DNA of 64,000 bases from Polaromonas sp. Its GTDB lineage: Bacteria > Pseudomonadota > Gammaproteobacteria > Burkholderiales > Burkholderiaceae_C. Below, piece after piece: positions 1 through 10,058 of the stretch (position 1 is its first letter; each line of letters begins with the position of its first letter). A model generated the notes under the pieces. That model saw only the letters and a list, made by a program, of their open reading frames with translations, had not been told where the DNA came from and did not search any database. The position numbers and the translations under genes are program-made. Location of the stretch: contig JAAFIP010000015.1 in NCBI GenBank assembly GCA_013297865.1, forward strand, positions 31,359-95,358, given 5' to 3'.

Positions 1-287
1 TGCGCATTGGCATGAAAACCTCGGCCATCACCCTGGGCCGACTGGATGTGCCTGCCGTGATGCTTTTTTATGCAGTTTATCTGCTCATTTGGCTTGCAGC
101 CCAATCAAATATCGCGGGAGCAGCTATACTTTTAATAGTGACTATGGTGGCTCTTGCACAGGTAGCTTGGCACTACACACTCATTCGCAGCCGCTCGCGC
201 GAGGGCTGCTTTGCGGCGTTTCGCGCCAACCACTGGTTGGGCTTGACGCTGTTTGCGGGCATTGTTGCAGGGTATGCGTTGCATTAG
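1..287 (+). CDS. ubiA: 4-hydroxybenzoate polyprenyltransferase, 3' part (starts before window)
   Basis: RIGMKTSAITLGR...WHYTLIRSRSREGCFAAFRANHW matches the UbiA C-terminus. Confidence 0.9.
   Translation, partial: RIGMKTSAITLGRLDVPAVMLFYAVYLLIWLAAQSNIAGAAILLIVTMVALAQVAWHYTLIRSRSREGCFAAFRANHWLGLTLFAGIVAGYALH
91..140 (-). repeat. Dispersed ~50-bp element, copy 1 (inside ubiA)
   Basis: revcomp cactat-taaaagt-atagctgc-tcccgcga-tatttga-ttgggctgcaagcc. Confidence 0.9.
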
Positions 288-1201
288 TTTTGCAAAGCGG
301 TGACCTGCGCCAGGCGGCTGAGCAAAAAATCCACCAACACCCGCACCCGGGGCGCCAGGCCTGCGCGATGCGGGTAAAACATGGCCATGCTGGCATCGCC
401 GCTGTCGTGCTGACGCGCCAGCACCTCGGTCAAGTCGCCGCGCTGCAAAGCGTCAAACGCATGGTGACGCCCCATGCGCGCAATGCCCATGTGCAGCAGC
501 GCAGCGTCCAAAATCACTTCGGGGTCAGAGATCAGCAGCTTGGCCGGGCCTTCAAAGGCCACGACCTTGCCTTTGTCCTTGAACAGCCAGGGTGACAGGC
601 GACCCGAGAGAAACTTCACGCGCAGCAGGTCGTGCTGCGCCAGATCGCTGTAATGCCTGGGCGTGCCGCGCGCCTTCAGGTAGCGCGGCGTAGCCACCAG
701 CACAGACTCCAGCGTGCAGATTTTGCGCGCCACCATGCCTTCGGGCGGCTGCGAGCCACCGCGAATGCCCACATCAAAACCCTCTTTCACCAAGTCCACC
801 GTCTGGTCATTCAAGCTCAGCTCCACCTGCACATCGGGGTGCTGCGCATAAAACGCAGGCAGCAGCGGCAGCACATAGCGCCTGCCAAAGCCTACAGCGC
901 AGTTCAGGCGCACCAGGCCTTGCGGTTTCAGGCCCTGCGTGGCTGCCTGTGAAGCAGCCTCCAGCAGGCTGAGGCCTTCGCGCGTTTGCGCTATGAAAGC
1001 GCGGCCCTCTTCGGTGAGCGACAGCTGGCGCGTCGTGCGGTTAAACAGCCGCACCTGCAGCAGCGCCTCCAGCGCAGCCACGTTTTTGCTGACCGCCGCA
1101 GGGGTCAGATCCAGCACTTTGGCCGCCGCACTGAAGCTGCCGCTATCAGCCGCCTGCACAGCACTGAGCAGACCGGGCAAAGTGGTTTGCAGTTGTTTCA
1201 T
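284..1201 (-). CDS. LysR-family regulator (CrgA/DmlR-like)
   Basis: HTH SFSAAAKVLDLTPAAVSKNV, LFNRTTR..LTEEG; divergent from an oxidoreductase pair. Confidence 0.93.
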   Translation of the reverse strand: MKQLQTTLPGLLSAVQAADSGSFSAAAKVLDLTPAAVSKNVAALEALLQVRLFNRTTRQLSLTEEGRAFIAQTREGLSLLEAASQAATQGLKPQGLVRLNCAVGFGRRYVLPLLPAFYAQHPDVQVELSLNDQTVDLVKEGFDVGIRGGSQPPEGMVARKICTLESVLVATPRYLKARGTPRHYSDLAQHDLLRVKFLSGRLSPWLFKDKGKVVAFEGPAKLLISDPEVILDAALLHMGIARMGRHHAFDALQRGDLTEVLARQHDSGDASMAMFYPHRAGLAPRVRVLVDFLLSRLAQVTALQN

Positions 1202-1214
1202 AGGATTCCTATTC

Positions 1215-1229
1215 TCAACTCAAAGTTGA
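1215..1229. promoter_or_regulatory. Putative LysR recognition palindrome
   Basis: tcaact-caa-agttga in the divergent intergenic region. Confidence 0.55.
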
Positions 1230-1319
1230 AGATGATATGAGCCATTATGTCTTTTTCTAAACCCAGCGCAAGCCCACAATCCATTCCATCGCAACACTTT
1301 ATTTGAAAGGACACTTACC

Positions 1320-2177
1320 ATGTCAAATACTATTTTGGTAACGGGTGCCAGCGGCACCATTGGCACCCAGCTCACGGCACAGCTGCGCGCGGCAGGCGCC
1401 AGCTTCGAGGTCATGACCTCCAAGGCCACTGACAGTGTAGGCGGTGTGCGTGCACGCCAAGCCTCGTTTGAGGATGTGGCCCAGCTGACCCGCGCCTTCG
1501 CGGGCATCGACACGCTGTTTGTGCTGCTGCCCCTGGCGCCGCATAAAGTTCAGCTGGCCCGCAACGTGGCGCAGGCCGCCAAAGCAGCAGGCGTCAAGCA
1601 CATGGTGCGCTCCAGTGGTGCAGGCGCTGACGCGAAGACAGCGTACGCACTGCCGCAGCTGCAAGGCACGATTGATGACATCCTGGCTGCTACGGGTATT
1701 GCCTGCACGTTCTTGCGCAACGCGGGCTTCATGCAGAACTACACTACTTTTGGCGCACAGATGGTCAAGGATGGCATGTGGTATGCCGCAAGCAACGATG
1801 CTGCACAAAGCCTGATCGACGTGCGCGATATTGCAGCCGTGGCCGCGCAGATACTGCAAAACCCCGCTGCCCATGCAGGCAAGGCCTACACCCTCACTGG
1901 CGGCGAGTCGCTCACAGACACGCAGCGCGTGGCAGCGCTGTCTGCCGTGCTGGGCAAGAGCGTGGGCTTCACGCCTATTTCTGTGGAATACGCAGCCAAC
2001 ACCATGAAAAATCAATGGGGCATGCCCGATGTGATGGTGGACTGGATGAGCTCACTCAACCAGATCGTCAGCGCAGGTTATGCCGCAGGCATCAGCCCCG
2101 ACGCGCAGGTCCTGCTGGGTCGCACGCCGATCAGCTTTTCGCAGTTTGCCAAAGACTATGCAACGCAATGGCAATAA
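1320..2177 (+). CDS. NmrA/atypical SDR NAD(P)H-binding oxidoreductase
   Basis: ILVTGASGTIG Rossmann motif, IDVRDIA, YTLTG; RBS aagga. Confidence 0.88.
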   Translation: MSNTILVTGASGTIGTQLTAQLRAAGASFEVMTSKATDSVGGVRARQASFEDVAQLTRAFAGIDTLFVLLPLAPHKVQLARNVAQAAKAAGVKHMVRSSGAGADAKTAYALPQLQGTIDDILAATGIACTFLRNAGFMQNYTTFGAQMVKDGMWYAASNDAAQSLIDVRDIAAVAAQILQNPAAHAGKAYTLTGGESLTDTQRVAALSAVLGKSVGFTPISVEYAANTMKNQWGMPDVMVDWMSSLNQIVSAGYAAGISPDAQVLLGRTPISFSQFAKDYATQWQ

Positions 2178-2214
2178 AGTTTTTAACCCCTGTTTTTATT
2201 TTTAGGAGTGCATC

Positions 2215-2862
2215 ATGAAAGTCGCTGTATTAGGAACCGGACAAGTCGCCATCGCTTTGGCCAAGGGCTTTGCAAGCCGTGGGCACAGCGTGGTGTTTGG
2301 CACACGCGATGTGCAGGGCAAAACCGCGCTGGAGGCGGTTGCCGCTGTCAGTGGCAGCAGCGCCGCGCCTTACGCTGAGGCAGCCAAGAGCGCGGATATG
2401 GCCGTGATTACCACCTCGTGGAGCGGCACGCAGAACGCGCTGCAGCTCACGGGCGCGGCCCATCTGGCGGGCAAGCTGGTGATCGATGTGACCAACCCGC
2501 TGGACTTTTCCACTGGCAAGCCTGCTTTGGCTGTGGGCTTTCCCAGCTCGGCAGGCCAGCAGATCCAGCAATGGCTGCCTGGTGCCCATGTGGTCAAGGC
2601 CTTCAACATCATCACGGCCACGCGCATGGTGGACCCGAAGTTTGAAGACGGCCAGGCCGATATGTTTATCGCTGGCAACGACGCAGCGGCCAAGGCCAAG
2701 ACGGTCGATATCCTGAAAAGCTTCGGCTGGCGCACGCCGGTAGACATGGGCGATATCAGCAAAGCCTATTTGCTCGAAGCACTGGCCATGATCTGGATTG
2801 AGTATGGTGTGTCGCGCAATTACTGGGCGCATGGCTTCAGCCTGCTGGGCGCGCAGAAATAA
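2215..2862 (+). CDS. NADPH-dependent F420 reductase family oxidoreductase
   Basis: VLGTGQVA, IDVTNP, VVKAFN motifs; RBS aggag. Confidence 0.88.
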   Translation: MKVAVLGTGQVAIALAKGFASRGHSVVFGTRDVQGKTALEAVAAVSGSSAAPYAEAAKSADMAVITTSWSGTQNALQLTGAAHLAGKLVIDVTNPLDFSTGKPALAVGFPSSAGQQIQQWLPGAHVVKAFNIITATRMVDPKFEDGQADMFIAGNDAAAKAKTVDILKSFGWRTPVDMGDISKAYLLEALAMIWIEYGVSRNYWAHGFSLLGAQK

Positions 2863-2874
2863 GCTGCGACTACC

Positions 2875-3342
2875 CTAACGCCGCAGCCGCGCCCGCGCTG
2901 CGGCCAGTCGTTCGTCCAGCACGCTGCCCAGCATCTCTGCCGAGGCTACGCCTTCGATGCGCGGTGCAATTTCTGCACCCTCGGCGTTCAGAAACAGCAC
3001 GGTAGGTGTGAGCAGGGCCTGGTATGCCACGGCAATATCCGCGCCATGGCTGGGCTGCCCTTTGACATCGGCCACCACCTGCTTGCGGTCGTTGACGGTA
3101 ATCTGAAAGGCATGCACACCTTCGCTGCGCATGGGCGCAAGGTAGTTGCGCCGCAGCAGCTCACACCACGGGCAGCCGGGCAGGCTCACCAGCAGCACCA
3201 GGGGCTCGCCCTTGGCTTGCGCAGCCTGTGCGGCGCTGCGCAGCGAAGCGGGTGTGGGCAAAGGGGTTTCACGCCGCTGGGCCACGGCCCAGCCACCGAG
3301 CGTGGTGGCTGCCCCTAGCATCACAGCGGTGCGGCGTTTCAT
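2875..3342 (-). CDS. Exported thioredoxin-fold protein (SoxW-like)
   Basis: CPWC motif, TPTVLF cis-Pro loop, KRR-led signal peptide; ATGA overlap with the upstream gene. Confidence 0.75.
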   Translation of the reverse strand: MKRRTAVMLGAATTLGGWAVAQRRETPLPTPASLRSAAQAAQAKGEPLVLLVSLPGCPWCELLRRNYLAPMRSEGVHAFQITVNDRKQVVADVKGQPSHGADIAVAYQALLTPTVLFLNAEGAEIAPRIEGVASAEMLGSVLDERLAAARARLRR

Positions 3343-4070
3343 GCAGCGCAGTCTTTCAGAATCTGCAGCAGCGCATCCGGCGCGCTCACCATCGGGTCGT
3401 GGCCAGTTTTGATTTCTACATAGCGGCCCGCGCGCTGCCACGCCCCGCCCCAAAACTGTGGGTCGCGCACGCGCTGTCGGATGCTGTCGATGGTGGCCAA
3501 CGCAGGGGTGCTGCAGTCGACAAAGGTGCGCGGCACACCGGCTACGCGCTGGATGTCAAAAGCCAGGGGGTGGGTGTAGGGCTCAGCCGGGTGTGGTGTC
3601 TGGCGGCGCTGCACCCAGGCATGGTCATCGCCGCTGAGCCCGAAGATGGCCGGGTCGGGCGGTGGCAGGGTGTAGTGCTCTGACGCGGCAGCGGCGGCCA
3701 GGCGCGCGTCGCGTGTGGCTGGCGCATGGCGAGAGCTCCAGCTCTCGCCGGGCTCAGGGATGGCTGCGTCCAAATACACCAGATGCTTCAGGCGCTGGGG
3801 CATGCGGTCTGCCACGGCGGTGCCGATCATGCCGGCATAGCTGTGCACCACCAGCACCACATCATGCAGCTCCTGTGCCTCGATCGTGTTAATGACGTCG
3901 GCAATATGCGTCTCCAGCGTGATGGCTTTGCTCAGCAGGTGGGCGCGCTCGCCCACGCCCGTCAATGTCACGGCATGGGCCACATGCCCTAAGCGCACCA
4001 GCGCGGGCTGCACCCGGCTCCAGCACCATGCACCGTGCCACGCGCCATGAACCAATACAAAAGTCGCCAT
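3339..4070 (-). CDS. Alpha/beta hydrolase (methylesterase-like)
   Basis: VLVHGAWHGAWCW, VHSYAG nucleophile, GHDPM. Confidence 0.9.
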   Translation of the reverse strand: MATFVLVHGAWHGAWCWSRVQPALVRLGHVAHAVTLTGVGERAHLLSKAITLETHIADVINTIEAQELHDVVLVVHSYAGMIGTAVADRMPQRLKHLVYLDAAIPEPGESWSSRHAPATRDARLAAAAASEHYTLPPPDPAIFGLSGDDHAWVQRRQTPHPAEPYTHPLAFDIQRVAGVPRTFVDCSTPALATIDSIRQRVRDPQFWGGAWQRAGRYVEIKTGHDPMVSAPDALLQILKDCAA

Positions 4071-4096
4071 TTCAATCTCTTTTTTAGAATAAAACA

Positions 4097-4146
4097 GGGC
4101 GCTAGCCCAATAAAAAGCCGCGGGAGCAGCTATTAAAAGTATAGTA
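4097..4146 (-). repeat. Dispersed element copy 2 (intergenic)
   Basis: revcomp tactat-actttta-atagctgc-tcccgcgg-cttttta-ttgggctagcgccc. Confidence 0.9.
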
Positions 4147-4157
4147 AATGCCCTGCA

Positions 4158-5363
4158 TTACCTCTTCAACCAGCTGCGCAGCACTTCATCCGTATGCTGC
4201 CCCAGCATGGGTGGCGGCAGGTCGTTGCGCGGCGGGGTGAGCGACATCTTGATCGGGCTGGCCACCAAGGGCACGGCGCCGTTTAAAGGATGCTCCCAGG
4301 TGTGCACCATGTTGCGCGCGACCACCTGGGGGTCGGCAAACACCTCGGCCAGGTTGTTGATCGCCCCGCAGGGCACCTTGGCCGCCTCCAGCGCGGCCAG
4401 CCAGTCGGCCTTGCTGCGGGTTTTGAAAACCGCCTCCAGCAGGGGCACCAGCGTGGCGCGGTGGCGCACGCGGTCTGCGTTTTTGGCAAAGCGGGCATCC
4501 GCCGCCAGCTGCGCCTGCCCTGCCACAGCACACATCTTGGCAAACTGGCCGTCGTTGCCCACGGCCAGAATCAGATGGTCTTTTTCACCACTGGGCATGG
4601 GCGCGGTTTCAAACACCTGGTAGGGCACGATGTTCTGGTGCGCGTTGCCTGCGCGGCCCGGCACCTTGCCGCCGATCAAGTAGTTAGCGCCCAGATTGGC
4701 CAGCATGGCCACCTGCGTGTCCAGCAGCGCCATGTCGATATGCTGGCCCTGGCCTGTGCGCTCGGCATGGCGCAGCGCCGCCAATATGGCCGTGCAGGCA
4801 TACATGCCGGTGAACAGATCAGCCACCGCCACGCCCACTTTCTGCGGCCCGCCGCCAATGTCGTCGCGCTCACCCGTCACGCTCATCAGCCCGCCCATGC
4901 CCTGCACGGCATAGTCGTAGCCTGCACGGTCTTTGTACGGCCCGCTCTGGCCAAAGCCGGTGATGCTGCAATACACCAAAGACGGCTTGATCTGCGAGAG
5001 CGCGGCGTAGTCCAGCCCATAGCGCGCCATGTCGCCGACCTTGAAATTCTCCACAAACACATCGCAGTGCATCACCAGATCGCGGATGGTCTGCTGCCCC
5101 TCGGGTGTGCTGATGTCGCAGGCTACCGAGCGCTTGTTGCGGTTGGTGCCCAGATAGTAAGCCGCCTCGCTGGTGTCCTGGCCCTGCGCATCGCGCAGAA
5201 ACGGCGGCCCCCAGGTGCGGGTGTCGTCCCCGCCCACGCCGTTTTTCAGTGGCTTTTCAATCTTCACCACATCCGCGCCCAGGTCTGCCAAGGTCTGGGT
5301 ACACCACGGCCCCGCCAGCACGCGCGAGAGGTCGAGGATTTTGATTCCGTCTAAGCTGTTCAT
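4158..5363 (-). CDS. CaiB/BaiF class III CoA-transferase
   Basis: ILDLSRVLAGP, NRNKRS, YCSITGFG, GYD catalytic Asp. Confidence 0.95.
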   Translation of the reverse strand: MNSLDGIKILDLSRVLAGPWCTQTLADLGADVVKIEKPLKNGVGGDDTRTWGPPFLRDAQGQDTSEAAYYLGTNRNKRSVACDISTPEGQQTIRDLVMHCDVFVENFKVGDMARYGLDYAALSQIKPSLVYCSITGFGQSGPYKDRAGYDYAVQGMGGLMSVTGERDDIGGGPQKVGVAVADLFTGMYACTAILAALRHAERTGQGQHIDMALLDTQVAMLANLGANYLIGGKVPGRAGNAHQNIVPYQVFETAPMPSGEKDHLILAVGNDGQFAKMCAVAGQAQLAADARFAKNADRVRHRATLVPLLEAVFKTRSKADWLAALEAAKVPCGAINNLAEVFADPQVVARNMVHTWEHPLNGAVPLVASPIKMSLTPPRNDLPPPMLGQHTDEVLRSWLKR

Positions 5364-5449
5364 GACAGTATTGTCTATCCAAAAAGCTTATCTGCGTGCA
5401 AATCTCCTGTGAGCGAGATGCAGGATTCCTTTCGAGGGGCGCGAAGCAT

Positions 5450-5475
5450 AAAAAAAGAGCTCCGAAGAGCTCTTT
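5450..5475 (-). terminator. Rho-independent terminator of the large lipoprotein gene
   Basis: minus strand aaagagctc-ttcg-gagctc-ttttttt (UUCG loop plus U tract). Confidence 0.85.
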
Positions 5476-5502
5476 ATAAACGGTGCTGAACTACGACACC
5501 GA

Positions 5503-8304
5503 TCAGTTAGCCCACTCCGTGGCCTGTGTAATGCGGATGCGGTTGATGTAGGTGTTGAGGAACACATTGCGGTAGGTCACCGAGCTTGTGCTGCCATTGG
5601 TGTTGAGCACGCGGGAACCGTCCAAGCGTTCCACCACGCTGGTGTTGCCTGTGGGCACGCGGCAGCCAGTGAAGCTGGACACGTCAGCCGCGGCGAACGA
5701 CTTGACAGCCGACCCGCTGGTGGACAGCTGCTGGCGCTTGAGCAAGCTGCTCGATGAGCGGCGCACTGTCAAAGGCGACGTGGGCCCATCCAGCAGCGAG
5801 GAGAACAGACCGACCTGGTAGGGCGTAGGCGCAGCGGTGTTGTTGCTCCATTGCACCTGCAGGCTGGGCGCGGCCCCCTGGCTTGGTGTGAGCACCGCAT
5901 GGCTGGGGCTCAGATCATGCAGGGGCATGGTCTGCAGCGACTGGGGTGGCCGGGGCTGGGCGATGATGCGGTCCGTCTCGGTGGACAGCAACACGCCATT
6001 GATGCCGTACAGCGCAATGGTGTAGCGCGACCAAGGCTTAATAAGGCTGTAGTCGATAGCGGTCAATGCGTTGTTGGGGCCGTACGCAGACGTCGTCGTG
6101 CTAAATGCCAGGTCAACGCCCGATAACAGTGCGCGCCCGAGGTGGAAGCGGTTGGTGGTGCTACCAGTGAATGGCGGATATGTCACCGTACTGCTTCCTG
6201 TGTCGCCACCCGCGTAGGTCAATGCACCACTGAAATACGAAACGCCCAAGGTCTCAGCCGTCTGGGTGAATCCGACGCTGACGGTCGTTGACTTGGCGGG
6301 CTCAGTGCCCACATGCCCGAGAAGTTGGAACGTAGTGGTGGCAATGGGCGTCGTGGAGGTCACCATGGGCACTGTGCTGCCGGGCGGCTGTATAACGGAA
6401 CCAGGGCTCAGCACCAGCGTGGTGGTGACACTGGGGCGGCCATAGATAGCATAGCTGTAGAAGGTGAGAGTAGCGGTGCGCTGCGTACCTACGCTGACAA
6501 ACGGATCGTCTCCAGTAGCTGGCGTCGGTGGAATGACCGGAAGGAAGCCTGGAGGCGAACCGGGGTTACCAGGGTTATAGGCAGAATATAAGGTGGGTAG
6601 CGTGCTAGTAAATGGCGCATAAGTGAACGTCGTGACCTTGGGGCCGGGCACCAGGCCCGTTGACGAGTAGTAACCCAAATAGGTGGCCTCGGTGGGGATG
6701 GGCGCGCCCGATGGGGTGTGCGCTACATCGTCAGGGGCAATGCAGGCACCGGTCTGGGTGGATGAGGCGATGCGCGACACGACTACGCCACTGACAGGCA
6801 GGCCCGGCCCGGTCACTTTGGCATACTCAATGCCTGCATCTTCCCAGGCGCGGGTGGTGGTGTTGAAGCGCTGTGTGCCTACAAACAGACCCAGGCTGCT
6901 GAAGTCCAGTGACGGTGCTGCGGGGGCTGTCAAAGTGCCAGTCACCACATTGGTCGCTGCATTCAGGTTGGTGTAGCGGGTCATGCGCGGCGTGACGCTG
7001 AAAGAATAGTTGCTCTGACCACCGTAGAACCACCAGTCACTGCTGGAGCCATCGGTGTTGGCGATAGCCGAGCGTTGCGCGCCTGCGGCAGCAAAGCCAT
7101 CAAAACGGCGCATCGTGAAAACAGAGGTGCGGTAAGCCTGGTTGGCGGGCTGGTACCAGCGCAGCTCCACGACGGCCTTGTCCAAGTCGCTACCAGTGCC
7201 TGCAGCGTTCTCCTGCAGCAGCAGTTCAGGGGCATCAAACATGGCGCCTGTCATCACATCAGCGTTTTCAAGAACGCGGTTGCGGTCCCTGCGTCCACTC
7301 ATCTGCACCACCACCTCGGTAAAGTCGCGCCCGGAGCTTTTGAAATTGGGGTGTGCCAGACCTGCACAGGCGTTGCCTGCTGCGTTGTAGTCACGCGCAG
7401 AATCGGTCTGTGCAAAGCAGGCCGTCAGTTTATTGCGCAGCGAGTCCAGACGCGCAAAGTTAAGCTCTTTGCCAGACGTCAATACCAAAGGCGTGCTCGC
7501 AGTCAAAGGCGCGGACACCACAGCGCCCGCTGCGTCATAGCTGATCGTTTTGGGGTACAGGTCTGTTGCTCCACTGGGCGTGATCTCGTGGCGCACCTGG
7601 TCCAGCACCTTGTCGTAGCCTGTGCCGTCCGCGTAGAAGGGTGTGGTCACCGGGTCAAAGCTGCTGGTGCCTGAAACGCCAGCGCTGCTCAGCGCACTGC
7701 CAAAAGTGTCCAGCACCGTGGCTTTGGCGCTGCTGATGTTGGCCGCAGTGATGTCGGCAGGCGTGATGGCGCTGCTGGCGGTTCCCGTGATCAGACTGGT
7801 CATCTTGTCCGTGAGCGGCGTGATGTTGGCATTGATCACCGAGCCTGGCGTGATGGCGGTGTCGCTCACTGAGTAATAGATCTTGCCGTTCTGCGAAATG
7901 ACTTTGACCACCAGTGGGGCCACAAAGCCCGTCACCTTGGCAAAGTAATAGCCTTGTGCATTGGTTTTGACGCTGACGGTCTGTGCAGGAGACGACGCAT
8001 CGGTCACGATGACGGTGCCGTTGCTGATCGGTCCGCCTTCGGCGGCAGTGCCGTTGAGGCCTGCGTCGGTGCGGGTGTAAGACACGGGGGTGCTGCCATT
8101 GAGCGAAAAGCCCGACAGGCTTGCCGGGTCTATGGCGCCCTGGCTGCCCGCGATGGTGAAGGCAGGCGTGCTGGTGTTGGGGTTGCTACCTGAATTGGTG
8201 CCGGGGTCTGCGCTGCCCTGGGCTGGCGAACCGCCCCCTCCCCCGCAACCGCTCAAGGCGCCTAATAACGCCAGTGCCCACGTGGCCAGAAACTTAGAGT
8301 TCAT
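5503..8304 (-). CDS. Large Ser/Thr-rich lipoprotein of unknown function (~933 aa)
   Basis: RBS aggag, signal peptide with lipobox LSGC then GGGGGS; N-terminal carboxypeptidase-regulatory-like beta segment (VSVKTNAQGYY, NITPLT). Confidence 0.8.
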   Translation of the reverse strand: MNSKFLATWALALLGALSGCGGGGGSPAQGSADPGTNSGSNPNTSTPAFTIAGSQGAIDPASLSGFSLNGSTPVSYTRTDAGLNGTAAEGGPISNGTVIVTDASSPAQTVSVKTNAQGYYFAKVTGFVAPLVVKVISQNGKIYYSVSDTAITPGSVINANITPLTDKMTSLITGTASSAITPADITAANISSAKATVLDTFGSALSSAGVSGTSSFDPVTTPFYADGTGYDKVLDQVRHEITPSGATDLYPKTISYDAAGAVVSAPLTASTPLVLTSGKELNFARLDSLRNKLTACFAQTDSARDYNAAGNACAGLAHPNFKSSGRDFTEVVVQMSGRRDRNRVLENADVMTGAMFDAPELLLQENAAGTGSDLDKAVVELRWYQPANQAYRTSVFTMRRFDGFAAAGAQRSAIANTDGSSSDWWFYGGQSNYSFSVTPRMTRYTNLNAATNVVTGTLTAPAAPSLDFSSLGLFVGTQRFNTTTRAWEDAGIEYAKVTGPGLPVSGVVVSRIASSTQTGACIAPDDVAHTPSGAPIPTEATYLGYYSSTGLVPGPKVTTFTYAPFTSTLPTLYSAYNPGNPGSPPGFLPVIPPTPATGDDPFVSVGTQRTATLTFYSYAIYGRPSVTTTLVLSPGSVIQPPGSTVPMVTSTTPIATTTFQLLGHVGTEPAKSTTVSVGFTQTAETLGVSYFSGALTYAGGDTGSSTVTYPPFTGSTTNRFHLGRALLSGVDLAFSTTTSAYGPNNALTAIDYSLIKPWSRYTIALYGINGVLLSTETDRIIAQPRPPQSLQTMPLHDLSPSHAVLTPSQGAAPSLQVQWSNNTAAPTPYQVGLFSSLLDGPTSPLTVRRSSSSLLKRQQLSTSGSAVKSFAAADVSSFTGCRVPTGNTSVVERLDGSRVLNTNGSTSSVTYRNVFLNTYINRIRITQATEWAN

Positions 8305-8453
8305 TGTGATCGTCTCCTGCTTGAAATGAAAATGCCGCGTGCAAACGAAGCTCACACGCTCGCACGAATCTAAGGCGTGCCGCTGAGCCCGCTAGCCAAA
8401 TGCGTATCTCTTGTATCTCGGGCCGCTGCGACCCTGCGGCTCGGTTCCGCCGC

Positions 8454-9905
8454 TCAGGGCGTCTGGCCAAGCAGCGCGTCGCGCAGCTCCCAGGGCCAAT
8501 GCGCTGTGTAGCCCTCAGCCTGCAGCTCATGCAGGACGCTCTGGGCTTGCCCGCGCAGCAGTTCTGTCATCTGGCCGCAGACCATGCTGACAGCTTTGCG
8601 CTGCGCCAGGCCCTGCATATGGGTGTGTGCAAAGCGCAGATATAAAGTCCAGCCAATCGCTACCTGGCGCACATCGCCGCATTCTTTTAAGCGTTGGATG
8701 GCCTGTTGGTAGAAGGTTTCGCTGGCGGGATTGCTGCCGTCGACTTCCTGTGCCAGCGGGTCGTGGTACTCGATAGCTGACAGGCTGGCGTGGTGGTCCA
8801 GCCAGAAGTTGCCCAGAAAGATATATTCCCACGCGCTGTCTCGGGCTGCTTCCAGTTTGTCAGAGTAGGCCAGCGTCAGCCGGTGCCAGCGAAACACCTG
8901 CTGCAGGCTGGGCGCACCTTCCATCGCCAGGCCATAGACACTTTGCAGATGGAAAGCCAGATTGGCCACATAGGCCTGCAGGCGGTCCCAGTCTCGCTGC
9001 CACAGGCCCAGATAGATGGCGCAGTCGAAATGCTGCAGCGCATCGGTGTGCAGTGCGGCGGGCGTGTCGGTGCCATCGCCGAGTGTTGACAGCCCCAGCA
9101 GCTTTCTGCGCGTGACCAGCGCGCGCAAGTTGTGCCACTCCGCCTGGGTGCGCCAGTCGGTGCCCAGTGTGGGGGGCAGCTGCGTCACGGTATGCCATAG
9201 CGTAGCCGCTGCGCTGGCGGGCGCCTCGTCGTAGGCAATGCGCTGCAAGAAAAAGCTGGCATGCGCCTGCAGGCTAGGGTCTGCAGGCGTCTGCACGGCC
9301 AAGGCGCGCAGCGCCAGATCGCGCGCCGCATCAAAATGCCCCAGCCGTTTGTGCCACATGGCCTCACGCAGCCAGACGGTGCAGCGCGCCTCGGTGGTGA
9401 TCGGGCGGGCGTAGATGGGCTGCAGCGCCTCAATAGCGCTGCGGTAGCTGCCGTGCACTGCAAACCCATCGCTGATCAACAGGTCGGTCACCGTGGCGTG
9501 CAGCTGGTCGATGCAGGGCGTTTGCAGCAGGCGGGGGTAATTCGTTGGCGTCTGCGCTGCGCCCACGACGGAAAAAGTCACAGGTGACTGGTAGCTCATA
9601 TGCCACGGCCCTACCGTGCCCTTGCGTGGCGCTGATGCAAGGCGCAAAGGCTGCCCGGGCAGGGCGGCCAGAAAACTGTGGATGTTGGTCAGGATGCGCT
9701 GCAGCTGCATTCGGTTCAGCGGTTTGAGCTGGCCGTGCTGCTGCAGCGCATGCTGCAGGCTGCTGGCACTCAAAGCCTGTGTGGCCTGCGCAGCCTGCAG
9801 CAGCAGGGCCAGCACCCGTGCCTCCCAGCGCCGGTTGAAGCGGTGCCGCTCTCCGTCGAGCACAGAGACCTGGTTGAGCTGCTCGTCAATGAACAAATGC
9901 GTCAT
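8454..9905 (-). CDS. Hypothetical helical (TPR-like) protein, possible N-terminal winged-helix regulator
   Basis: 483-aa ORF; helical repeats such as EAMWHKRLGHFDAARDLALRAL; family not recognised. Confidence 0.6.
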   Translation of the reverse strand: MTHLFIDEQLNQVSVLDGERHRFNRRWEARVLALLLQAAQATQALSASSLQHALQQHGQLKPLNRMQLQRILTNIHSFLAALPGQPLRLASAPRKGTVGPWHMSYQSPVTFSVVGAAQTPTNYPRLLQTPCIDQLHATVTDLLISDGFAVHGSYRSAIEALQPIYARPITTEARCTVWLREAMWHKRLGHFDAARDLALRALAVQTPADPSLQAHASFFLQRIAYDEAPASAAATLWHTVTQLPPTLGTDWRTQAEWHNLRALVTRRKLLGLSTLGDGTDTPAALHTDALQHFDCAIYLGLWQRDWDRLQAYVANLAFHLQSVYGLAMEGAPSLQQVFRWHRLTLAYSDKLEAARDSAWEYIFLGNFWLDHHASLSAIEYHDPLAQEVDGSNPASETFYQQAIQRLKECGDVRQVAIGWTLYLRFAHTHMQGLAQRKAVSMVCGQMTELLRGQAQSVLHELQAEGYTAHWPWELRDALLGQTP

Positions 9906-10058
9906 GTTGTTGGTTTTTATTTTCAGCAGCCCGCCATGGATCGCGACGGTGTCTGTGCCTCGTCCTCAAGCGTGACACAGAATCAAGCGGGATTAATTCA
10001 CACAATCCGAAAATCAGGGCTATGCACGGCGCAGACACGTTGCAACGATAATAGAGCC

